Shown: positions 1 to 8,642 of the stretch, piece after piece
Numbering within the stretch: the stretch's first letter is position 1
How the letters are laid out: every line of letters begins with the position of its first letter
Origin: Paraspadella gotoi
Taxonomy: Eukaryota > Animalia > Chaetognatha
Reading direction: 5' to 3'
NCBI GenBank assembly: GCA_051294375.1
Contig: JBJCIZ010001559.1
Location: forward strand, 1 to 10,837
DNA: 10,837 nt
Made by a program: the position numbers and the translations under genes
The notes under the pieces: model-generated
What the model was told of the DNA's origin: nothing
Database searches by the model: none
What the model saw: only the letters and a program-made list of their open reading frames with translations

Positions 1-351
1 GTTGTTGAGCAAGAGAAAATTAAATAAATTCAAAAAACCTGCGGTCTTTTTAGAAAACCGCACTGTTCTTTCCGAGTGACAGGAACTGTAAACCGTTGCC
101 ATTTTCTTTAGAAGGATGATAGGACAAAATTGGTATTACTTTCTTAATTGACAAGACACGAATAAAACCTTCTAAGATTCTCAAAATTCGATTCATCACA
201 AAAAAGCCTCCACTCGGGCACCACCGTTTCCAACCCTGCCCTTCCTCCGCCGCTATGCTTAACGCGCTACCGCTTCCGCCCGCCCTTATAACCTGCTCGT
301 AACGCAGATGTGTAAACAAAACATTTTTACTGCGAATCCATTTTAAGCCGC

Positions 352-424
352 TTCTCTCTCTCTCTCCTCCTCTCCTCCTCTCTCTCATCTCTCTCTCTCT
401 CTCCTCGTTCTCTCTCTCTCTCTC
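352..424. repeat. Imperfect (TC)n microsatellite
   Basis: About 70 nt of TC dinucleotides with a few interruptions, read directly. It explains the ER-rich ORF 50..475(-). Confidence 0.95.
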
Positions 425-1399
425 TTCCTTTCTATGGCCCCATTTTGGAACGTCGTCGCCCGCAGGTTTGTTCATTCAATTATCATCGCGACGTTCCTAA
501 ACTGCGCAAAAGAGCGTCAACTCGCTCTCGCTTTGACAAGCAACAAAACCACTTGTCACCTTGCGGGGAATCATCATACTTTTTATGTTAGGTTACTTTT
601 GTATGTGTATTATGCGTACGCTATCGTGACTTTTCAATTTAAAAAAAAAAAAATTTTTAGGCCCATTACTACGGAGAATTCTAGATAATCTAAGTCTAGA
701 ATACAATACTGCTCTTTAAACTTTTGAATGACTGGTTCAGTCGTTTGTGTTTTATGTATCATGACATTGTTCATGTAAACTTTTCTCCCTAATTAACTTT
801 GCTTCACGCAACTGTTTCTTTCACTTCCTCTTCCTTTGCAGCCCCGTCCCTCCTTCGCTTTCTGCCTTCGCCCTTTTGTCGTTTCTCCTCTTTCCTCCTT
901 CTCCTCCTCCTCTCCTTTCTTCTTCCTCCCTGCCCTCCCCCTTCGTCCTCCCCGAGAAATTGCTTCCGTCGATGCCGGCGTGCTCCACTGGAGAGCTCTT
1001 ATTGCTTGTGATTGGGCTGTTAAACAAAATGAATAACAGGTGGATAATCTTCGGAGGAAGTTGCCTCGCGCTTGCGCCGTCGTCGCCGCCGCCGCGCTTC
1101 TCGTTCCGCGCGTCATCTTGCCTCCCTTTCACTATTCGCGCGCGCGTGGCCTTTTAACCCTTTCACAGAAATCACAGACTTTCTACGGGGACTTTGGTGA
1201 GAGACTCACGATTCCAAAATGGCACACCTCCTTTTCTTTTTTTTCCTTTCTTCTGGGCTTCTATCTCGCTTTCTATTCGAGCTTCCTCCACTCTCTTTCT
1301 TTCTTCTCTTTAGCCTGAAATTAGATTCTAACGCGCTCGCCTCTGATTTGCTATCCTCCCTTTGTCCTGATTTACTCCGAACCAGCAAAACCCCGAAAG

Positions 1400-1500
1400 T
1401 TCTCTCTCTGCTCTCTCTCTCTCTCCTTCTCTCTCTCTCTCGTCTCTCTCTCTCTCTCTCTCTCTCCTCTCTCTCTCCTCTCTCTCTCTCTCTGTCTCTC
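1400..1500. repeat. Imperfect (TC)n microsatellite
   Basis: About 100 nt TC tract with interruptions tctgctc, tccttctc and cgtctc. Confidence 0.95.
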
Positions 1501-1647
1501 GCCCTCCCTCCATTCTCTTAACACCAAATCTCAAAGATCCAAGGCTCCGGTCTCAGAAGTCGACTTGCTTCATTCAAATAAAAACACAAAATCACTCTTT
1601 CCAGAATTCCAATGTTATTCACTATTTGAAGTATTTTAAAAACTCAC

Positions 1648-1720
1648 CCTCATGGGCCACTGCCAGATGATAATTAAAGATCAGTTAACTCACTATTACA
1701 ACATACTCAATGAATTTTTT
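1648..1720 (-). other. Two candidate micro-exons (1720-1694, 27 nt; 1659-1648, 12 nt) separated by a 34-nt GT-AG intron
   Basis: Minus strand reads actaagcgcag|AAAAAATTCATTGAGTATGTTGTAATA|gtgagt...ctggcag|TGGCCCATGAGG|gtgagt. Both exon lengths are multiples of 3, and the only open frame gives KKFIEYVVIWPMR. No homology recognised. Confidence 0.3.
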
Positions 1721-2089
1721 CTGCGCTTAGTACAAACTCGTGTCACTCCAAAAAATTTCCACCTGATTCTTTGTGATTCCTCTTCCATTTTATGTTCCAT
1801 TTCGTATTTCTTTACTTTCTGCTCTTTTGCCTGTCCTTCGTTTTCTCTCCCTTTCTTTCTCCCGTTCTATTTTTTCCCTTTCTTCCCTTTTTCCTTTTTC
1901 ATTTTCCAGTCCTTTTTTCCTTCTTCTCTTCTCTCTCAGCCTCTTATCTCTCGAGATTTCGATCCCGAATCTCGAGGACGATAAAAATGCTAAACAAGGC
2001 CGCGGCGAATTAATCCGGGGGTCGGACTGCTGCCCCCAATTCAGATCCGGACCGGACTATTCAGTCCGGGGAGGAAAGACAAAGGAGCA

Positions 2090-2189
2090 AGAGTGAGAGA
2101 GAAGGAGAGTAGAGATAGAGAGAGACGAGAGAGACGAGAGGAGCGAGACGAAGAGAGGAGAGAAGGAGAGACCGAGAGAGCAGAGAGAG
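2090..2189. repeat. Imperfect (GA)n microsatellite, inverted relative of the 1400-1500 tract
   Basis: GA tract. 2174-2189 is the exact reverse complement of 1402-1417 (ctctctctgctctctc). Confidence 0.9.
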
Positions 2190-2619
2190 CTGGACAAAAC
2201 CAACAAATCTGGCGAGCGCAGAAAATCACGCCCGATATTAAAATCGAGGGAGGAGAAAATAGGACTGATTAGAGTTTAACTGTAGAGGGCTTGTAGGACA
2301 GATGAACTCTTGGTGAAAGGGAGGAAGAGAGTAGAACACGGTATAAAGGCTTGAATATATGGAATAACTTGAAAAATTAATCGATAATAAAAAAGAGTTA
2401 CAAGTTTTTTTCCGAAGAATCCATGATTAATCAATGTTTAAATATTTAAAATTACGCAGTAATCAGATAAAAAAATAAGTAATTAAGAAAAATTACCACG
2501 CGACGAATTAACATTCTTCTTTTAATCCAAATTTTTTCCATAAAACCAATTGTGTATCTCTTTCTTGATCTTTTGTTCATCCGACTCGTGTTTTTCTATT
2601 TCCTTTTCCTTTCTCATGT

Positions 2620-3660
2620 TATGCCTCCTCTTCTTCCATCCTCTTCCTTCATTCCAGTTTCCACCGTGACGACAACAGAGGCGGACGAAGACGATCACCA
2701 CGCCACCGTCTCCAGCTTCGTCACTGCGGTCTCCCCGAAAACGCTGCCGCCATCAACGCCCGTTGTGGGATGATGCCGACGCCTGATCAGTGTCCCAACA
2801 CCCCGCGTGTCCGGGTGCGGAACGCCTCAATTTCCTCTCTGCAACCGACCTGTTTGCGCCAGGACGATAGCATGTAGAAGAGCCGCCAACTAGACGACGC
2901 GCCGGACGCCGCCCCGGCGTGCCGAGACCAAAGGCCTTGACGCGCACAGCAACGCCGAAGCAGACGGCGTGCGACGCCGGCGCGCCAAGAGCAGCGAGAC
3001 GAGAAGTATGACCAGTGTTCGTCGCTGTGTCTCCAAAGAGGAAAGGTATAGAGATCAGGGCCTAAAGCGACAGAGGCGAGTAATAGGCGAGGCGGTGAGG
3101 GCTGGCTCTCGTGCTGCCGAGATTCCATGCCTTCAAGAGAAGAAGGGACGATGACCGTTCTGTTAGCCACAGCCCGATCTCAGCGGCAAGCGCGACGCCC
3201 GCAGAGATCGACAACCCCCGACGCAGTGTCGAATTAACAGCGCATGATGATCAGCGGCGCAGTAGAAAGAATCCGCGAACCGGCGAGGCGGAAAAGACGC
3301 CCGAGCGGGCAAGGCGTGTCGGCGGCGCGCCAGCAGAGATAAATGGCTTCCGTTGAGACGAGACCGAAGAATAGAGCGTAGACCACCAGACTCCTCGGCG
3401 TCCTCAATGGTCCCAATTGCCCAGGCGACTTTAGGAACACAAGCCGCCGCCAGAGTGACAGCCGTCTCTCCGACGAACAAGAGACGGAAGCCAGCTGGTC
3501 GATAGACATGTCACAAACCAATCGCGAAATGTTTGCTGCAGACCAGCTACGAGGACGACCGTAGAAGAGAGTTGAAGAGACAACTTCCCAACGCGAGCTG
3601 GAGATGACTGCGGTCTCAGTGCAGGGAACGTGCGGATGACGCGCTGAAGAAACAACATGC
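2620..3660 (+). other. GC/CpG-rich coding-like block with broken reading frames (disordered-protein exon, pseudogene or TE ORF remnant)
   Basis: Sharp composition shift from AT-rich flanks. Overlapping short + strand frames are rich in R/D/E/S/T/P (TTTEADEDDHH, RRRDDDRSVSHSPISAASATPAEID). No continuous ORF and no domain recognised. Confidence 0.3.
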
Positions 3661-4910
3661 AACATCGAATATTGGGGAATGGTGATGAAAAATACAGTCA
3701 TTGTAGCCACAGTGTGCAAAGAAAATTGCGCCAAACATTAGATTACAGACTTTGAAAATCAGCCAAAATATACTAGGGGTAGGCTAGTTTCTTTCTTTTT
3801 TTAAGAAAATCTTTTTTTCACGTAGCTGGTCACGTAACCAGACATCGCAGCTTATTATGTACCTTGACATGATGCATCTTAAAATTATTTTGATGATAGA
3901 TTAGACACAAAAAAAAATTGTGATAATATTTTTTCTGCCAGCCTGCGGTGATACAGCAAAATCTTAAAATTCTTAAAATCTGATAATAGCAGTCTTTTTA
4001 CCCTATGTCCAGTACGTTTTAAATCAGGTGGCACAACAAGTTTGAACTCCTAGATTTATCATATTTAAAATCATCTATGTTTTATAAGGTCCACATAGAA
4101 TTCTCTTAAACTTTTTTGTTCTTTTTCAACACCAAATGATAATCATATCCCTCAGTAATTGTATAAACATGAGGCATTAAACAATGTTCGCTATTTAATC
4201 AAAACCATAATTCAATCTTTTCTCTTTCAGTGCTATATATTTTATTTATCTTTTTAATGTGAGCCAAGTTTTTAATTTTATTTTCAAAAGCTTGTTAGAC
4301 TCTTGACTAAATTGCCGCATCAAGATTTACAAAAAAATGACTTTGAAACATTTTAAAAAAAATTATATGGAAAACATGACACCATAATTATGGCTTAATA
4401 TGAATACCATCTCATTACGTTCCTATCAATTCTTTGTTGACAGTAGGTCAAATTTTAAAAAACATTATTTTGAATCCGTTAAATCCATATTCATTAAATA
4501 ACCCTGACGACATCAAAGTGACGGAAGTCGTTCTTTATGTTTACCAAAAAAAAAAAGTAATTGATAATTTTTTATAATATCTAATCGATTTTCAATGAAA
4601 AAAAAAGCCTATTAAATATATTGCAGTGATCGTGAACAATGGTTTCGCAATTAATTTCTACATTTATCAAATTTATGTATTTTTATAATATTCTTTAAGT
4701 ATCTTTTATTCAGTGAGTAAAATAAAAACTTTTTAATTGCAAATTGTTTATCTGATGCTTAACGCCAGACTTCCCAGAACTATTACTTAGATTTTATGAA
4801 AAGTAAATTAAACTTTATTGAAAACAAATTAAACATTTTGCATAGATTTATAAAACTTGGTGCTAATTAGTTTAGTAGCTAGTTTATTTTTTAAAAATTG
4901 AAGTGCTATT

Positions 4911-5156
4911 TGTGGACGTAAAACCGAACAAACCGTTTTCATCAGCGGCCATTGTTGCGGAGGCAAAGTCATTCACCTCCCAACCCCAAAAGGGTCCGGG
5001 TGTCTAGTCGCTGAGTGGGGTCGTCTCGCAGTAAGAGACGGGCGAGTAGCGCACTAACCCGCTGTAACATGGTGTTACAGCCTGCATCCGAGCTCAGGAC
5101 TGCTTATAGTTGAACGTTCTACTCACTAACTCATAACAATATTTACTGTCTCTTCA
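4911..5156 (+). repeat. LTR copy 1
   Basis: Shares anchors with copies 2 and 3: aagtcattc, ggtccggg, tgttacagcct, ggactgcttata, aacaat. Confidence 0.8.
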
Positions 5157-5333
5157 TTAGCCGACTTCCGAAAACACACTGCCCAACAACAACACTTACA
5201 GGCGGACATGCCTCAAACCTGGCGATGCACTTTCCGGCCTCTCAACACATCAGCGACAATCCTCAACTTGGTGACGCACTTTTCACCAACAAATCAACAA
5301 TTCACTGAAGAGCGCAACAGTACATCTTCCTAC

Positions 5334-5340
5334 GGAGGGA
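5334..5340 (+). promoter_or_regulatory. Short polypurine tract before LTR2 (equivalent gatgggga at 5778-5785 before LTR3)
   Basis: G-rich purine run a few nt upstream of the LTR start, inside an otherwise C/A-rich spacer. Confidence 0.45.
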
Positions 5341-5344
5341 TGTA

Positions 5345-5588
5345 TGGTGGACTAAAACCCCACCAACCGTTCATACAGCTGGCCATTTGTGCCGCGAAGG
5401 CAAGTCATTCGCCTCCCACCCAAGAGGTCCGGGGTTCATAGCAGGGTGGTGGTCTGCAGCTTAAGAGGACTGTGTGCGCTGAATCCCGCCTGGTAAACAG
5501 TGGTGTTACAGCCTTGATCCGAAGCTCAGGACTGCTTATATTGAACGGTTTATCACTTAAACTCATAACAATAATTACTGTCTCTTCA
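5345..5588 (+). repeat. LTR copy 2
   Basis: Same anchors. Ends tctcttCA, followed by a 2-nt spacer and TGG. Confidence 0.8.
5381..5454 (+). ncRNA. tRNA-like segment inside the LTR (also ~4947-5022 and ~5833-5911); not called as a functional tRNA
   Basis: About 75 nt with ends able to pair (ggccat...gtggtc). Central attcgcctcccac resembles a tRNA-Gly(CCC) anticodon region. ggtccggggttcatagc resembles a T-arm/B-box (GGTTCRANNC). A-box is weak. Confidence 0.5.
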
Positions 5589-5590
5589 AT

Positions 5591-5610
5591 TGGTGAGCCC
5601 GAACTTCATT
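5591..5610 (+). promoter_or_regulatory. Primer-binding site, tRNA-Trp-like
   Basis: tggtgagcccgaacttcatt begins after a 2-nt spacer from the LTR-terminal CA. It resembles TGGTGACCCCGACGTGATT, the complement of a eukaryotic tRNA-Trp 3' end. The equivalent site after LTR1 (ttagccgactt, ~5157-5167) is degenerate. Confidence 0.6.
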
Positions 5611-5793
5611 CCGAGAAACAACCGAGCAAAACCGGAACACTTCAGCGCGAATGCCTCAACCTGCGATTGCACTTTCCCCCTCACACACATCAGCCGACAT
5701 CACTCAACTTGGATGACGATCCACTTCCACCAACAACAACAATTTATGAAGAGTACGCAACAGAAATCTTCCCTACCGATGGGGACTTGTTTA

Positions 5794-6047
5794 TGTGACT
5801 GAAAAGCCCCACCAAACACTCCGTTCATTCATGCGCCATGGTGCCCGGAGTGCAAGTCATTCGCGCTCCCAATCTCCAAAGGTCCGGGTGGTGTCAATAA
5901 GCCCGGTGGTCTTATCTCATTCAGAGGACGGCGGCGCTTAACCCGCCTAACATTGGATGTTACAGCCTGATCCGAAAGCTTCAAGGGACTGCTTATAGAA
6001 CGGGTTCTATCACTAACGCATGAAAACAATAATTACTTGTCTGTTCA
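5794..6047 (+). repeat. LTR copy 3
   Basis: Same anchors. Homology stops at ...gtctgttCA, the LTR end inferred independently from the PBS position in copy 2. Confidence 0.8.
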
Positions 6048-6052
6048 CTCAC

Positions 6053-6699
6053 TACAAAGCCTGAAATAAAAAAAAAATCTGATTACCTTTAAGATTAATC
6101 TTTTTTCTTTTAATTTTGTATTTTTTATGGGAGATTAAAAATTTTAAAAAAAAATTATACTGATCATCCGGAGGATTAGCTGATAACATATATTAACACC
6201 CATATCACGTAAATAATATTTTAAATTTATTAACACACACACAATTCTTAAAGTTTTTAAATAAAAATTAGATCTTACCTTCTCTGGTTTTTAAAACACT
6301 GCAACGTTTTTAAAATTATCATATATTGAACTACTCACCCCGCCAGTCAGAATTCTTTTCTTAACGACTTACTCCCCATCTAACCACTCCACAGTGACAT
6401 AATCGTCCAATTTACAAAATTGTACTCACTCCTAACCATCTGATATTTTTAACTATTTTTTGTTATTAATTACATTTTAAAATATCTATTATTGGAGTGA
6501 ATCACACTATACGTTCGCGTTTTTTTTTTTTTTTGCACATGACAGTATTCAGACGACATATCCAACCTAATGTTTTCCAAATTGACATTTCAAAAAACTT
6601 GACATAACCGTTACCATTTTTGCATTACGATGTTTTTTAATTTGCGAAACTACATCGTATATGACAAAACTTGTTCTTACCTTGTATTTATTCTGTGAC
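6053..6699 (-). other. Cluster of candidate micro-exons of a minus-strand host gene
   Basis: Minus strand: tttttag|19 nt (6699-6681)|gtaaga; atatcag|10 nt (6439-6430)|gtgagt; ttag|7 nt (6379-6373)|gtaagt; cag|20 or 5 nt (ending 6279)|gtaaga; tttttatttcag|8 nt (6060-6053)|gtgagt. Confidence 0.25.
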
Positions 6700-8642
6700 C
6701 TAAAAACGAATCCGTTTGTGAAGAAATCTATCTTGTTTTTGATGTGCAAATTTTTTTTCGCTGATCGATCTTGTCTTGTACTATTCTTTAAAAAACGGGA
6801 ATCAGATCAATGAAAGCTAATATGACCAACGTCGAGAATTTCTCTCTAAAGAAAATCTAAAACGGTTGAAAACTCCGACGAACGACTGGCCAGGGTCGTG
6901 ACAGTTGAGTTTGAGCGAATAATTGTTGGACCAAGATTCCTTTATGTCAATTTTATTTCCAAAAATAAAAAATAAAACCACAGTTATAAAAAAAATTGTT
7001 TTTCTACACGTATGAACCTCTAGGTCGATTTAATAACAACAGAAATCATCGATAATACTACTCTGGCAAGACAATTACTTACAGCCCTAGTCCTAGGTGG
7101 TTTTAATTTTGCACAGTCACGTTATGGAAAATAATTAATGAAAAAAAATTCGTTTTGAATGAAAAAATAATATTAAAAAATTCCGTGTACAACTGGTATT
7201 TTAGGACGAGTAAGTAAAAATTATGTAATTTATTGTAAGAATATTTTAAAGCCCTTTCAGATGAATCCATTTTCAATCATCGTAAGATGATTCATCTACG
7301 ACATAAGAACAAGTATAGTATTTTCATGTCAACTCGGCGGGAAAAGCAGAGTCTCGGTATCTTTTTCAAGAATATACACTCCAAAGAAATTCTCGCCGCT
7401 GCATTCTTGCACCAAACAACGGTGACAGATCCTGAAACAAGAACCTATAGACACGCTCCCGATTTATTTTCTCTTATTATCTTTCGTATCCAAAATAAAT
7501 ATTCAGGCTCATTTTTCACTCCGAATTATAGTTGAACAGAAGTTTATAATTCATTGTTTAACTGTTTATAATATTTCATCCATATATTTATATCTGCACC
7601 TTCACATTTCATCAACGCATGTATTCACATTCGCATGTACTTAAAAATAATATGCTATAAAGTTTAAGCGTCTTTAAATTTACCGTCCTTTCGTTTCTTA
7701 CAACTTTTCTAGCCAGATCACCGAGTTTCGCGATAGGGGATCAGGTTCCGGAGAATCGGCGCTTTTTTATGTATCTCGCCTCGATTCGAACGGCGAATTG
7801 CCCGTAATAATAGTATAAAAATGGCATATTTCGAAGCGCGTTGGCTGTCTTGAGGAAGCCCTGTGCCGCTGTGGAGGACTGAGAAAAAACTGGATCACTA
7901 CTTGATCATGAAAAACAATGACACTAATGTGGACTGTTTTACGGTGTTTTTGCTTCCTCATTCTTAGACTTGATCGTTCTACTCAACCAATGTTAATTAT
8001 TTTTTGTCCTTACACAGTATGATTAATTTCTCTGGCTAGACAGGGTGATCTTAACTTGTTTATATTTTTGCAATAGCTTGACTATGTTTAATTTTTAACA
8101 ATCAATAACTGCTTTTCGGCCATTAATTCGAACAATCACGCCGATAGTAGTTTTTTACTTTTTATTTTACCTTTCGGGCCAGAATTGCGGTTAATAGTTC
8201 TTTTTGTTTCTGTGCGCATGGAGCGCGCGAAAGATTTGGTCTGTTTTCCTTAAAAAAATCCGAAGTGAAAACAAAGGTGTTTTGTTTCGATAAACATTTT
8301 ATATGACACACCGAACGAAGCATAATGACTCTACCGCGAAAGGTCCCATAAATCCGGAAAGCCATGCCCTTGCGTCACGAGCAAACCGCGCGTTTCACGA
8401 AAAAGGGATTTTTGTAGGCTCTTTGTTTTGAAACATCATTCTCCTTGTGGTACTTTTTTTGATGAATGTGTTGATGCGTTTGTTTTATTCGATACAGCTT
8501 CTGTATTTTCTAGAGCTTGTTAAAGCTTGGAATTTCGGGCGAATGAATTCTCTTGCGGAAATAAAATTGAAACTGTTGTACGAATCTTACTAAATGGACT
8601 TAATGAAACAATAAACTTACATGAACTGTGCGATATTGGGAG

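Larger units (their letters stand above)
4911..6047 (+). mobile_element. Tandem-array non-autonomous LTR retrotransposon (TRIM): LTR-int-LTR-int-LTR with tRNA-like LTRs
   Basis: Three ~245-255 bp repeats start tgtggac/tggtggac/tgtgac and end gtctcttca/gtctcttca/gtctgttca (TG...CA). They are separated by two homologous ~190-205 bp spacers. A PBS follows LTR2 and purine runs precede LTR2 and LTR3. No conserved ORF. No clean TSD seen. Confidence 0.72.

Noticed and set aside
447-497. 9-bp inverted repeat ggaacgtcg/cgacgttcc
   Set aside because: Isolated stem with a 33-nt loop and no supporting context; compatible with chance.
836-1318. ORFs 836..1036 and 1040..1318 are in frame and separated by one TAA (possible TAA=Gln code or readthrough)
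   Set aside because: Both peptides are largely pyrimidine-tract translations with no recognisable domain. The long RT frame has no in-frame TAA/TAG and uses CAA/CAG.
4504-4531. ctgacga...gaagtc, hammerhead-like
   Set aside because: GAAG instead of GAAA and no convincing stems I and III.
4939-4945. Minus-strand CUGAUGA hammerhead core in LTR1
   Set aside because: No stem II followed by GAAA downstream, so the core cannot be completed.
5039-5085. Permuted twister-like words (gagta...taa cccg...gttacagcc) in LTR1
   Set aside because: gagta is absent from LTR2 and LTR3, and the P1/P4 stems do not fit. Left to a covariance-model search.
5208-6029. Short ORFs within the tandem array
   Set aside because: Frames are not conserved between the repeat copies.
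4906-6055. Target-site duplication for the TRIM (left ctatt vs right ctcac or ctac)
   Set aside because: No exact 4-5 bp match at the inferred ends, so it is not claimed.
7821-7856. EARWLS*G resembling the hAT transposase RWLSRG motif
   Set aside because: Only about 8 residues with an in-frame stop. Flanking translation does not continue the family pattern.
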